Below are positions 8,049-19,437 of a stretch of DNA of 39,235 bases, in pieces. The DNA lies in the sequence record NC_031114.1. One strand, 5' to 3'. Made by a program: the position numbers and the translations under genes. Every line of letters starts with the position of its first letter. The first letter of the stretch is position 1. The DNA comes from Escherichia phage 64795_ec1. Under the pieces are notes generated by a model. That model did no database searches. It was not told the origin of the DNA and worked only from the letters and a program-made list of their open reading frames with translations.

Positions 8049-8576
8049 TGGGATGCATAGCGTGCTTAGAGAAAGACGACCGTTACCCGCACACCTGTAA
8101 TAAAGGAGTTAACAATATGACCGAACGTGAACAAGAGATTATCATTAAGTTGATAGACAATAACGAAGGTCGTAGCGGAGACACATCTGGCTGTGGCCTG
8201 TTCTGCGCTGGAGTACCTTGTGGCGAGTGTCCTGTAACAAACGATGAGCACATTACCTTAGGTGAAATCCGAGCGATGGACCCACGTAAACCTCATCTGA
8301 ATAAACTTGAGGTAACTCCTACGGATGACCAGCCTTCCTCTGAATCAATCGAAGGTGTCACTAAGCCTTCACATTACATGCTGTTTGACGACATTGAGGC
8401 TATCGAGGTGATTGCCCGTTCAATGACTCGTGAGCAGTTCAAAGGGTATTGCTTAGGGAACATCCTTAAGTACCGCCTACGTGCTGGTAAGAAGTCCGAA
8501 CTGGCTTACTTAGAGAAGGACATGGCGAAAGCTGGCTTCTATGGTGAACTGTACGAGAAACATAAGGATAAGTGCT

Positions 8577-8587
<11 letters not shown>
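8048..8587 (+). CDS. 1.7: gene 1.7 protein (nucleotide kinase family in T7)
   Basis: 179 aa, [20 protein letters not shown]…KPSHYMLFDDIEAIEVIARSMTREQFKGYCLGNILKYRLRAGKK…. Confidence 0.85.
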
Positions 8588-8892
<305 letters not shown>

Positions 8893-8895
<3 letters not shown>

Positions 8896-8915
8896 TACGA
8901 CTCACTATTGGGGAA
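8893..8915 (+). promoter_or_regulatory. T7-RNAP promoter phi2.5
   Basis: TAATACGACTCACTATTGGGGAA; gene 2 stop TAA is its first triplet. Confidence 0.75.
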
Positions 8916-8960
8916 GACTCCCTTTAAGAAACTAAACGAAACCTAAAGGAGATTAACATT

Positions 8961-9659
8961 ATGGCTAAGAAGATTTTCACCTCTGCGCTGGGTACTGCTG
9001 AACCTTACGCTTACATCGGCAAGCCGGACTACGGTAACGAAGAGCGTGGCTTTGGGAACCCTCGTGGTGTATACAAAGTTGACCTGACCATTCCCAACAA
9101 AGACCCGCGTTGTCAACGTATGGTCGATGAAATCGTGAAGTGTCACGAAGAGGCTTATGCTGCTGCCGTTGAGGAATACGAAGCGAACCCGCCTGCTGTA
9201 GCTCGTGGTAAGAAACCGCTGAAACCATATGAAGGCGACATGCCGTTCTTCGATAACGGTGACGGCACGACTACCTTTAAGTTCAAATGCTACGCGTCTT
9301 TCCAAGACAAGAAGACCAAAGAGACCAAGCACATCAATCTGGTTGTGGTTGACTCCAAAGGTAAGAAGATGGAAGACGTTCCGATTATCGGTGGTGGCTC
9401 TAAGTTGAAAGTCAAATACTCTCTGGTTCCATACAAGTGGAACACCGCTGTAGGTGCGAGCGTTAAGCTGCAACTGGAATCCGTGATGCTGGTCGAACTG
9501 GCTACCTTTGGTGGTGGTGAAGACGATTGGGCTGACGAAGTTGAAGAGAACGGCTATGTTGCCTCTGGTTCTGCCAAAGCGAGCAAACCACGCGACGAAG
9601 AAAGCTGGGACGAAGACGACGAAGAGTCAGATGAAGTAGACGAAGACGGAGACTTCTAA
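8961..9659 (+). CDS. 2.5: single-stranded DNA-binding protein (gene 2.5)
   Basis: 232 aa with acidic C-terminal tail …DEESDEVDEDGDF. Confidence 0.97.
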   Translation: MAKKIFTSALGTAEPYAYIGKPDYGNEERGFGNPRGVYKVDLTIPNKDPRCQRMVDEIVKCHEEAYAAAVEEYEANPPAVARGKKPLKPYEGDMPFFDNGDGTTTFKFKCYASFQDKKTKETKHINLVVVDSKGKKMEDVPIIGGGSKLKVKYSLVPYKWNTAVGASVKLQLESVMLVELATFGGGEDDWADEVEENGYVASGSAKASKPRDEESWDEDDEESDEVDEDGDF

Positions 9660-10115
9660 GTGGCTGGCGCATATGCTGCGCGTGGTATCCGAAAGGTCGG
9701 GACATTCCGTTCCGGCCTAGAAGATAAGGTCTCTAAGCAGCTAGAGGGTAAGGGCATTAAGTTCGACTATGAACTGTGGAAAATCCCTTACGTTGTCCCT
9801 GCGAGCAACCATATGTATACTCCAGACTTCCTGCTGCCTAACGGAATCTTTATTGAAACCAAAGGTTTATGGGAGAGTGACGACCGAAAGAAACACTTAT
9901 TGATTCGCGAACAGTTTCCTGAACTGGACATCCGTCTGGTGTTCTCAAGCTCACGCACCAAGCTGTACAAAGGGTCCCCGACCAGTTACGGTGAGTGGTG
10001 TGAGAAGCATGGTATTCTGTTTGCTGACAAATTAATTCCTGTAGAATGGCTCAAAGAACCCAAAAAGGAGGTGCCATTTGACAGGCTAAAACAATCGAAG
10101 GGAGGAAAGAAATAA
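9660..10115 (+). CDS. 3: endonuclease I, Holliday-junction resolvase (gene 3)
   Basis: 151 aa, GTG start; …GIRKVGTFRSGLEDKVSKQLEGKGIKF…PDFLLPNGIFIETKGLWESDDRKKHLLIREQ…. Confidence 0.95.
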   Translation: MAGAYAARGIRKVGTFRSGLEDKVSKQLEGKGIKFDYELWKIPYVVPASNHMYTPDFLLPNGIFIETKGLWESDDRKKHLLIREQFPELDIRLVFSSSRTKLYKGSPTSYGEWCEKHGILFADKLIPVEWLKEPKKEVPFDRLKQSKGGKK

Positions 10116-10570
10116 TGGCTCGTGTACAGTTTAAACCGCGTGAATCTACTGACGCAATCTTTGTTCACTGCTCGGCTACCAAGCCAAGTCAGAATGTAGG
10201 TGTCCGTGAGATTCGCCAGTGGCACAAAGAGCAAGGTTGGCTCGATGTGGGGTATCACTTTATCATCAAGCGCGATGGTACTGTGGAGGAAGGCCGAGAT
10301 GAGATGGCTGTAGGCTCTCACGCTAAGGGTTACAACCACAACTCCATCGGTGTCTGCCTTGTGGGTGGTATTGACGATAAAGGTAAGTTCGACGCTAACT
10401 TTACGCCAGCCCAAATGCAATCCCTACGCTCACTGCTTGTCACACTGCTGGCTAAGTACGAAGGCGCTGTACTGAAAGCTCACCACGATGTGGCACCTAA
10501 GGCTTGCCCATCATTCGACCTTAAGCGTTGGTGGGAGAAGAACGAACTTGTAACTTCTGACCGAGGGTAA
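10115..10570 (+). CDS. 3.5: lysozyme, N-acetylmuramoyl-L-alanine amidase (gene 3.5)
   Basis: 151 aa MARVQFKPRESTDAIFVHCSATKPSQNVGVREIRQWHKEQGWLDVGYHFIIKRDGTVEEGR…. Confidence 0.97.
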   Translation: MARVQFKPRESTDAIFVHCSATKPSQNVGVREIRQWHKEQGWLDVGYHFIIKRDGTVEEGRDEMAVGSHAKGYNHNSIGVCLVGGIDDKGKFDANFTPAQMQSLRSLLVTLLAKYEGAVLKAHHDVAPKACPSFDLKRWWEKNELVTSDRG

Positions 10571-10573
10571 AAC

Positions 10574-10660
10574 ATGATTATTCACGAAATGGGTTTATAC
10601 GATTTGATTTATCATCTTGCTTTCTTACTGGCAATGGTATACGTATTGACCCGTAACTAA
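10574..10660 (+). CDS. hypothetical 28-aa hydrophobic micro-ORF
   Basis: MIIHEMGLYDLIYHLAFLLAMVYVLTRN in ~85 bp between gene 3.5 and phi3.8; no clear SD. Confidence 0.2.
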   Translation: MIIHEMGLYDLIYHLAFLLAMVYVLTRN

Positions 10661-10662
10661 TT

Positions 10663-10685
10663 TAATTGAACTCACTAAAGGGAGA
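10663..10685 (+). promoter_or_regulatory. T7-RNAP promoter phi3.8
   Basis: TAATTGAACTCACTAAAGGGAGA, +1 at 10680. Confidence 0.8.
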
Positions 10686-10721
10686 CCACAACGGTTTCCC
10701 TTTCAACACAAGGAGGAAGCT

Positions 10722-12913
<2,192 letters not shown>

Positions 12914-12925
12914 AGGAGACACACC

Positions 12926-13138
12926 ATGTTCAAACTGATTAAGAAATTAGGCCAACTGCTGGTTCGTATGTACAACGTGGAAGCTAAACGACTGAACGAC
13001 GAGGCTCGTAAAGAGGCCACACAGTCACGCGCTCTGGCGATTCGTTCCAACGAACTGGCTGACAGTGCATCCACTAAAGTTACAGAAGCTGCCCGTGTAG
13101 CAAACCAAGCTCAACAGCTTTCCAAATTCTTTGAGTAA
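12926..13138 (+). CDS. 4.3: gene 4.3 protein
   Basis: 70 aa MFKLIKKLGQLLVRMYNVEAKRLNDEARKEA…. Confidence 0.85.
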   Translation: MFKLIKKLGQLLVRMYNVEAKRLNDEARKEATQSRALAIRSNELADSASTKVTEAARVANQAQQLSKFFE

Positions 13139-13158
13139 TCAAACAGGAGAAACCCATT

Positions 13159-13428
13159 ATGTCAAACGTAGCTGAAACTATCCGTCTATCCGATACCGCT
13201 GACCAGTGGAACCGTCGTGTTCACATCAACGTTCGCAACGGTAAGGCGACTATGGTTTACCGCTGGAAGGACTCCAAGTCCTCTAAGAATCACACTCAGC
13301 GTATGACGTTGACAGATGAGCAAGCACTGCGTCTGGTCAATGCGCTTACCAAAGCTGCCGTGACAGCAATCCATGAAGCTGGTCGCGTCAACGAAGCTAT
13401 GGCTATCCTCGACAAGATTGATAGCTAA
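13159..13428 (+). CDS. 4.5: gene 4.5 protein
   Basis: 89 aa MSNVAETIRLSDTADQWNRRVHINVRNGKATMVYRWKDSKSSKNHTQRMTLTDEQALRLVNALTKAAVTAIHEAGRVNEAMAILDKIDS. Confidence 0.85.
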   Translation: MSNVAETIRLSDTADQWNRRVHINVRNGKATMVYRWKDSKSSKNHTQRMTLTDEQALRLVNALTKAAVTAIHEAGRVNEAMAILDKIDS

Positions 13429-13432
13429 AGAG

Positions 13433-13472
13433 TGGTATACTCAAGGTCGCCCAAGTGGTGGCCTTCATGAAT
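13433..13472 (+). promoter_or_regulatory. RNase III site R4.7
   Basis: ATACTCAAGGTCGCCCAAGTGGTGGCCTTCATGAATAC. Confidence 0.55.
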
Positions 13473-13473
13473 A

Positions 13474-13496
13474 CTATTCGACTCACTATAGGAGAT
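13474..13496 (+). promoter_or_regulatory. T7-RNAP promoter phi4.7
   Basis: CTATTCGACTCACTATAGGAGAT, +1 at 13491. Confidence 0.8.
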
Positions 13497-13502
13497 ATTA
13501 TC

Positions 13503-13910
13503 ATGCGTGACCCTAAAGTTATCCAAGCAGAAATCGCTAAGTTGGAAGCTGAACTGGAGGACGTTAAGTGCCATGAAGCTAAGACTCGCTCCGCTGTTCA
13601 TATCTTGAAGAACTTAGGTTGGACTTGGACAAGACAGACTGGCTGGAAGAAACCAGAAGATTACAAGCTGAGCCACAAGGTGTTCGATAAGGACACTATG
13701 ACCCACATCAAGGCTGGTGATTGGGTTAAGGTTGACATGGGAGTTGTTGGTGGCTATGGATACGTCCGCTCTGTGAGTGGCAAATATGCTCAAGTGTCAT
13801 ACATCACTGGTGTCACTCCACGTGGTGCAATCGTAGCCGATAAGACCAACATGATTCACACAGGCTTCTTGACTGTTGTCTCGTATGAAGAGATTGTTAA
13901 GTCACGATAA
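13503..13910 (+). CDS. 4.7: gene 4.7 protein
   Basis: 135 aa from MRDPKVIQAEIAKLEAELED; start chosen downstream of phi4.7. Confidence 0.85.
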   Translation: MRDPKVIQAEIAKLEAELEDVKCHEAKTRSAVHILKNLGWTWTRQTGWKKPEDYKLSHKVFDKDTMTHIKAGDWVKVDMGVVGGYGYVRSVSGKYAQVSYITGVTPRGAIVADKTNMIHTGFLTVVSYEEIVKSR

Positions 13911-13928
13911 TCAATAGGAGAAATCAAT

Positions 13929-16043
13929 ATGATCGTTTCTGACATCGAAGCTAACGCCCTCTTAGAGAGCGTCACTAAGTTCCACTGCGGGGTTATCTAC
14001 GACTACTCCACCGCTGAGTACGTAAGCTACCGTCCGGGTGACTTCGGTGCGTATCTGGATGCGCTGGAAGCCGAGGTTGCACGAGGCGGTCTTATTGTGT
14101 TCCACAACGGTCACAAGTATGACGTTCCTGCATTGACCAAACTGGCAAAGCTACAATTGAACCGAGAGTTCCATCTTCCCCGTGAGAACTGCATCGACAC
14201 CCTTGTGTTGTCACGTTTGATTCACTCCAACCTAAAAGACACCGATATGGGTCTTCTGCGTTCCGGTAAGTTGCCGGGGAAACGCTTTGGGTCTCACGCT
14301 TTGGAGGCTTGGGGCTATCGCTTAGGAGAAATGAAAGGTGAATACAAGGATGACTTTAAGCGTATGCTTGAAGAGCAGGGTGAAGAATACGTTGACGGAA
14401 TGGAATGGTGGAACTTCAACGAAGAGATGATGGACTATAACGTTCAGGACGTTGTGGTCACTAAAGCTCTCCTTGAGAAGCTACTCTCTGACAAACATTA
14501 CTTCCCTCCTGAGATTGACTTTACGGACGTAGGATACACTACGTTCTGGTCAGAATCCCTTGAGGCCGTTGACGTTGAACATCGTGCTGCATGGCTGCTC
14601 GCTAAGCAAGAGCGCAATGGGTTCCCGTTTGACACGAAAGCAATCGAAGAGTTGTACGTAGAGTTGGCTGCTCGCCGCTCTGAGTTGCTCCGTAAGCTGA
14701 CCGAAACGTTCGGCTCATGGTATCAACCTAAAGGTGGCACCGAAATGTTCTGCCATCCGCGAACAGGTAAGCCACTACCTAAATACCCTCGCATTAAGAT
14801 ACCTAAAGTTGGTGGTATCTTTAAGAAGCCTAAGAACAAGGCACAGCGAGAGGGCCGTGAGCCTTGCGAACTGGATACCCGCGAGTACGTTGCAGGTGCT
14901 CCTTACACCCCAGTTGAGCACGTAGTGTTTAACCCTTCGTCCCGTGACCACATTCAGAAGAAACTCCAAGAGGCTGGATGGGTCCCCACGAAGTACACCG
15001 ATAAGGGTGCTCCTGTGGTGGACGATGAGGTACTCGAAGGAGTGCGTGTAGATGACCCTGAGAAGCAAGCTGCAATCGACCTCATTAAAGAGTACCTGAT
15101 GATTCAGAAGAGAATCGGACAGTCTGCTGAGGGAGACAAGGCGTGGCTTCGTTACGTTGCTGAGGACGGTAAGATTCATGGTTCTGTTAATCCTAATGGA
15201 GCAGTTACGGGTCGTGCGACCCATGCGTTCCCCAACCTTGCGCAAATTCCGGGTGTACGTTCTCCTTATGGAGAGCAGTGTCGCGCTGCTTTTGGCGCTG
15301 AGCACCATTTGGATGGGATAACTGGTAAGCCTTGGGTTCAGGCAGGTATCGACGCAAGCGGCCTTGAGTTGCGCTGCTTGGCCCACTTTATGGCTCGCTT
15401 TGATAACGGTGAGTACGCTCACGAGATTCTTAATGGGGACATCCACACTAAGAACCAGATGGCTGCCGAATTGCCTACCCGCGATAACGCTAAGACGTTC
15501 ATCTATGGGTTCCTTTATGGTGCTGGTGATGAGAAGATTGGGCAGATTGTTGGTGCTGGTAAAGAGCGCGGTAAGGAACTAAAGAAGAAATTCCTTGAGA
15601 ACACCCCTGCGATTGCAGCACTACGCGAGTCTATCCAACAGACACTTGTCGAGTCCTCTCAGTGGGTAGCTGGTGAGCAGCAAGTCAAGTGGAAACGCCG
15701 CTGGATTAAAGGTCTGGATGGTCGTAAGGTACACGTTCGTAGTCCTCACGCTGCCTTGAATACCCTACTGCAATCTGCTGGCGCTCTCATCTGCAAACTG
15801 TGGATTATCAAGACCGAAGAGATGCTCGTAGAGAAAGGCTTGAAGCACGGTTGGGATGGGGACTTTGCGTACATGGCGTGGGTACACGATGAAATCCAAG
15901 TAGGTTGCCGTACCGAAGAGATTGCTCAGGTTGTCATTGAGACCGCACAGGAAGCAATGCGCTGGGTTGGAGACCACTGGAACTTCCGGTGTCTTCTGGA
16001 TACCGAAGGTAAGATGGGTCCTAATTGGGCGATTTGCCATTAA
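13929..16043 (+). CDS. 5: DNA polymerase, family A with 3'-5' exonuclease (gene 5)
   Basis: 704 aa [39 protein letters not shown]…, ends …GPNWAICH. Confidence 0.99.
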   Translation: MIVSDIEANALLESVTKFHCGVIYDYSTAEYVSYRPGDFGAYLDALEAEVARGGLIVFHNGHKYDVPALTKLAKLQLNREFHLPRENCIDTLVLSRLIHSNLKDTDMGLLRSGKLPGKRFGSHALEAWGYRLGEMKGEYKDDFKRMLEEQGEEYVDGMEWWNFNEEMMDYNVQDVVVTKALLEKLLSDKHYFPPEIDFTDVGYTTFWSESLEAVDVEHRAAWLLAKQERNGFPFDTKAIEELYVELAARRSELLRKLTETFGSWYQPKGGTEMFCHPRTGKPLPKYPRIKIPKVGGIFKKPKNKAQREGREPCELDTREYVAGAPYTPVEHVVFNPSSRDHIQKKLQEAGWVPTKYTDKGAPVVDDEVLEGVRVDDPEKQAAIDLIKEYLMIQKRIGQSAEGDKAWLRYVAEDGKIHGSVNPNGAVTGRATHAFPNLAQIPGVRSPYGEQCRAAFGAEHHLDGITGKPWVQAGIDASGLELRCLAHFMARFDNGEYAHEILNGDIHTKNQMAAELPTRDNAKTFIYGFLYGAGDEKIGQIVGAGKERGKELKKKFLENTPAIAALRESIQQTLVESSQWVAGEQQVKWKRRWIKGLDGRKVHVRSPHAALNTLLQSAGALICKLWIIKTEEMLVEKGLKHGWDGDFAYMAWVHDEIQVGCRTEEIAQVVIETAQEAMRWVGDHWNFRCLLDTEGKMGPNWAICH

Positions 16044-16056
16044 AGGAGGTATACAA

Positions 16057-16413
16057 GTGGATTCGAAACACGTCACTGGTGCTGCGTCGGAACTACTTGT
16101 TGCCTACAAGTTTACCAAGGCTGGGTACACTGTGTATTACCCTATGCTTACTCAAAGTAAAGAGGACTTAGTTGTATGTAAGGATGGTAAATTTAGTAAG
16201 GTGCAGGTTAAGACTGCGACATCGTTAACTGTTGGTGGCAGTACGGCACATCAAGTCAGACTAGGCGGTTGTGGTAGAGCGTCCTACAAGGATGGCGACT
16301 TTGACCTACTGGCTGCTGTGGTGGAAGATGAAGTCCTCCTGTACACATGGGAGGAAGTTAAAGGCAAGACCTCTATGTGCGTAGGTAAGCGCAACAAAGG
16401 CGTTAAACTATAG
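16057..16413 (+). CDS. 5.3: gene 5.3 protein
   Basis: 118 aa from GTG 16057 after SD AAGGAGG; VDSKHVTGAASELLVAYKFTKAGYTVYYPMLTQSKEDLVVCKDGKF…. Confidence 0.75.
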   Translation: MDSKHVTGAASELLVAYKFTKAGYTVYYPMLTQSKEDLVVCKDGKFSKVQVKTATSLTVGGSTAHQVRLGGCGRASYKDGDFDLLAAVVEDEVLLYTWEEVKGKTSMCVGKRNKGVKL

Positions 16414-16424
16414 GAGAAATTATT

Positions 16425-16721
16425 ATGGCTATCACTAAGAAATTTAAAGTGTCCTTTGATGTTACCCTTAAGCTGGACAGCGAGACAGAAGAACTGATGC
16501 GAGAAAAGATTCTGGACTTAGCCCATCGTGCTGGTGCTGGTGAGGAAATTGCTCCTGTGGACCGAGAGATGCTAGTTCAGGCCCTGACACGTGGTCCAGA
16601 CGGTGCTGCTGCATTTGCTGTGCGCCAAGGTATCCGTAAGGCTGTCAAGGAGATGTTCGAAGATACTAGCGATAAATCACTGTTCAAACTCTCTCCTGCA
16701 ACTGTACGGGAGGTGTTCTGA
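16425..16721 (+). CDS. 5.5: gene 5.5 protein (H-NS-binding in T7)
   Basis: 98 aa MAITKKFKVSFDVTLKLDSETEELMREKILDLAHRAGAGEE…. Confidence 0.85.
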   Translation: MAITKKFKVSFDVTLKLDSETEELMREKILDLAHRAGAGEEIAPVDREMLVQALTRGPDGAAAFAVRQGIRKAVKEMFEDTSDKSLFKLSPATVREVF

Positions 16722-16930
16722 TGTCTGACTATCTGAAAGTGCTGCAAGCAATCAAAAGTTGCCCTAAGACTTTCCAGTCCAACTATGTACGGAACAATGC
16801 GAGCCTCGTAGCGGAGGCCGCTTCACGTGGTCACATCTCGTGTCTGACCACAAGTGGACGTAACGGTGGCGCTTGGGAAATTACTGCTTCTGGTACTCGC
16901 TTTCTGAAACGAATGGGAGGCTGTGTATAA
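16721..16930 (+). CDS. 5.7: gene 5.7 protein
   Basis: 69 aa MSDYLKVLQAIKSCPKTFQSNYVRNNASLVAEAASRGHISCLTTSGRNGGAWEITASGTRFLKRMGGCV. Confidence 0.85.
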   Translation: MSDYLKVLQAIKSCPKTFQSNYVRNNASLVAEAASRGHISCLTTSGRNGGAWEITASGTRFLKRMGGCV

Positions 16931-17088
16931 TGTCTCGTGACCTTGTGACTATTCCGCGCGATGTGTGGAACGATATGCAGGGCTACATCGACTCTCTGGA
17001 ACGTGAGAACGATAGCCTTAAGAATCAACTAATGGAAGCTGACGAATACGTGGCTGAGCTAGAGGAGAAACTTAATGGCACTTCTTGA
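16930..17088 (+). CDS. 5.9: gene 5.9 RecBCD inhibitor
   Basis: 52 aa MSRDLVTIPRDVWNDMQGYIDSLERENDSLKNQLMEADEYVAELEEKLNGTS. Confidence 0.85.
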   Translation: MSRDLVTIPRDVWNDMQGYIDSLERENDSLKNQLMEADEYVAELEEKLNGTS

Positions 17089-17977
17089 CCTGAAACAATT
17101 CTACGAGTTACGTGAAGGCTGCAACGACAAAGGCATCCTTGTTATGGACGGTGACTGGCTGGTATTCCAAGCGATGAGTGCTGCTGAGTTTGATGCCTCA
17201 TGGGAGGAAGAGATTTGGCACCGCTGCTGTGACCACGCTAAGGCACGTCAGATTCTTGAGGATTCCATCAAGTCCTACGAGACCCGCAAGAAGGCTTGGG
17301 TAGGTGCTCCGATTGTCCTTGCGTTCACAGATAGTGTCAACTGGCGCAAAGAACTGGTGGACCCGAACTACAAGGCTAACCGTAAGGCCACGAAGAAACC
17401 AGTAGGTTACTTTGAGTTCCTTGACGCTCTCTTTGAGCGCGAAGAGTTCTATTGCATCCGTGAGCCGATGCTTGAAGGTGATGACGTTATGGGGGTTATT
17501 GCTTCCAATCCGTCTGCATTCGGTGCTCGTAAGGCGGTAATCATCTCGTGCGATAAGGACTTTAAGACCATCCCTAACTGTGACTTCCTGTGGTGTACCA
17601 CTGGTAACATCCTGACTCAGACCGAAGAGTCCGCTGACTGGTGGCACCTCTTCCAGACCATCAAAGGTGACATCACCGATGGTTACTCTGGGATTGCAGG
17701 ATGGGGTGATACTGCTGAGGACTTCCTTAATAACCCGTTCATAACCGAGCCTAAAACGTCTGTGCTTAAGTCTGGTAAGAACAAAGGTCAAGAGGTCACT
17801 AAGTGGGTTAAGCGTGCCCCTGAGCCTCATGAGACGCTTTGGGACTGCATTAAGTCCATTGGCGCTAAGGCTGGTATGACCGAAGAGGATGTTATCAAGC
17901 AGGGCCAGATGGCTCGTATCCTACGGTTCAACGAGTACAACTTTATTGACAAGGAGATTTACCTGTGGAGACCGTAG
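17075..17977 (+). CDS. 6: 5'-3' exonuclease (gene 6)
   Basis: 300 aa MALLDLKQFYELREGCNDKGILVMDGDWLVFQAMSAAEFDASWEEEIWHR…. Confidence 0.97.
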   Translation: MALLDLKQFYELREGCNDKGILVMDGDWLVFQAMSAAEFDASWEEEIWHRCCDHAKARQILEDSIKSYETRKKAWVGAPIVLAFTDSVNWRKELVDPNYKANRKATKKPVGYFEFLDALFEREEFYCIREPMLEGDDVMGVIASNPSAFGARKAVIISCDKDFKTIPNCDFLWCTTGNILTQTEESADWWHLFQTIKGDITDGYSGIAGWGDTAEDFLNNPFITEPKTSVLKSGKNKGQEVTKWVKRAPEPHETLWDCIKSIGAKAGMTEEDVIKQGQMARILRFNEYNFIDKEIYLWRP

Positions 17978-18078
17978 CGTATATTGGCATTGGTATTAGT
18001 GCTATCGGAATGTGCCTCATTGCGTGGGGCCTTTGGGACTTAGCCAGAATAATCAAGTCGTTACAAGACACTAAGTGA
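17965..18078 (+). CDS. 6.3: gene 6.3 small hydrophobic protein
   Basis: 37 aa from GTG: (M)ETVAYIGIGISAIGMCLIAWGLWDLARIIKSLQDTK, hand-translated. Confidence 0.55.
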   Translation: METVAYIGIGISAIGMCLIAWGLWDLARIIKSLQDTK

Positions 18079-18140
18079 TAAACTCAAGGTCCCTAAATTA
18101 ATACGACTCACTATAGGGAGATAGGGGCCTTTATGATTAT
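18079..18140 (+). promoter_or_regulatory. RNase III site R6.5 (hairpin enclosing phi6.5)
   Basis: AACTCAAGGTCCC…(promoter)…GGGGCCTTTATGATTATTAC. Confidence 0.55.
18099..18121 (+). promoter_or_regulatory. T7-RNAP promoter phi6.5
   Basis: TAATACGACTCACTATAGGGAGA, +1 at 18116. Confidence 0.88.
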
Positions 18141-18175
18141 TACTTTAAGATTTAACTCTAAGAGGAATCTTTATC

Positions 18176-18430
18176 ATGTTAACACCTATTAACCAATTAC
18201 TTAAGAACCCTAACGATATTCCAGACGTGCCTCGTGCAACCGCTGAGTATCTACAGGTTCGATTCAACTATGCGTACCTCGAAGCGTCTGGTCATATAGG
18301 ACTTATGCGTGCTAATGGCTGTAGTGAAGCCCACATCTTGGGTTTCATTCAGGGCCTACAGTATGCCTCTAACGTCATTGACGAGATTGAGTTACGCAAG
18401 GAACAACTACGAGATGATGGGGAGGATTGA
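18176..18430 (+). CDS. 6.5: gene 6.5 protein
   Basis: 84 aa [84 protein letters not shown]. Confidence 0.85.
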
Positions 18431-18434
18431 CCTT

Positions 18435-18701
18435 ATGTGTTTCTCACCGAAAGTTAAAGTTCCGAAGATGGATACCAATCAGATTCGAGCCATCGAGCCA
18501 GCGCCTCTGACCCAAGAAGTGTCAAGCGTGGAGTTCGGCGGGTCTTCTGATGAGACGGATACCGAAGGCACCGAAGTGTCTGGACGCAAAGACCTCAAGG
18601 TCGAACGTGATGATTCCGTAGCGAAGTATAAAGCCAGCGATACTGGTTCCGCTCGTATGAAATCTTCAATCCGTAAGTCCGCATTTGGAGGCAAGAAGTG
18701 A
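18435..18701 (+). CDS. 6.7: gene 6.7 virion protein
   Basis: 88 aa from MCFSPKVKVPKMDTNQIRAIEPAPLTQEVSSVEFGGSSDETDTEGTEVSGRK…. Confidence 0.85.
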   Translation: MCFSPKVKVPKMDTNQIRAIEPAPLTQEVSSVEFGGSSDETDTEGTEVSGRKDLKVERDDSVAKYKASDTGSARMKSSIRKSAFGGKK

Positions 18702-19102
18702 TGTCTGAGTTCACATGTGTGGAGGCCAAGAGTCGCTTCCGTGCAATCCGGTGGACTGTGGAACACCTTGGGTTGCCTAAGGGATTCGAAGGACACTTTG
18801 TGGGCTACAGCCTCTACGTAGACGAAGTAATGGACATGTCTGGTTGCCGTGAAGAGTACGTTCTGGACTCTACCGGAAAACATGTGGCGTACTTCGCGTG
18901 GTGCGTAAGCTGTGATATTCACCACAAAGGAGACATTCTGGACGTAACGTCAGTTGTCATTAATCCTGAGGCAGACTCTAAGGGCTTACAGCGATTCCTA
19001 GCGAAACGCTTTAAGTACCTTGCTGAACTCCACGATTGCGATTGGGTGTCTCGTTGTAAGCACGAAGGCGAGACAATGCGTGTATACTTTAAGGAGGTAT
19101 AA
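18698..19102 (+). CDS. 7: gene 7 host-range / virion protein
   Basis: 134 aa MMSEFTCVEAKSRFRAIRWTVEHLGLPKGFEGHFVGYSLYVDEVMDMSGCREEYVLDSTGKHVAYFAWCVSCDIHHKGD…. Confidence 0.9.
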   Translation: MMSEFTCVEAKSRFRAIRWTVEHLGLPKGFEGHFVGYSLYVDEVMDMSGCREEYVLDSTGKHVAYFAWCVSCDIHHKGDILDVTSVVINPEADSKGLQRFLAKRFKYLAELHDCDWVSRCKHEGETMRVYFKEV

Positions 19103-19105
19103 GTT

Positions 19106-19423
19106 ATGGGTAAGAAAATCAAGAAGGCCGTGAAGAAAGTCACCAAGCCAATTACGAAAGCCGTTAAGAAAGTCGTTAAGGAAGTGGCCCGTCCGGTTAA
19201 ACAGGTTGCCAGTGGTCTGGCTGGTGGTGCAGGTGAAGCACAAGTCGTGGAAGTGCCACAGGCTGCTGCTGCAACTCCTGCTGCACAGATTGTTGACGTA
19301 CCTGAGAAAGAGGTCTCCACTGAGGACGAAGCACAGACCGAAAGCGGACGTAAGAAAGCCCGCGCTGGTGGCAAGAAGTCCTTGAGTGTGGCTCGTAGCT
19401 CCGGTGGCGGCATCAACATTTAA
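19106..19423 (+). CDS. 7.3: gene 7.3 tail/adsorption protein
   Basis: 105 aa Lys/Ala-rich MGKKIKKAVKKVTKPITKAVKKVVKEVARPVKQV…. Confidence 0.85.
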   Translation: MGKKIKKAVKKVTKPITKAVKKVVKEVARPVKQVASGLAGGAGEAQVVEVPQAAAATPAAQIVDVPEKEVSTEDEAQTESGRKKARAGGKKSLSVARSSGGGINI

Positions 19424-19437
19424 TCAGGAGGTGACAC

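Noticed and set aside
8943-9473. 176-aa minus-strand ORF inside the SSB gene
   Set aside because: Nested antisense ORF in a highly conserved gene; no promoter or SD.
14775-15446. 223-aa minus-strand ORF inside the DNA polymerase gene
   Set aside because: Antisense to an essential conserved gene; no expression signals.
17198-19419. Minus-strand ORFs 17198-17830, 18479-18925, 18919-19419 and 18998-19243
   Set aside because: All lie antisense to conserved genes 6 to 7.3; treated as chance ORFs.
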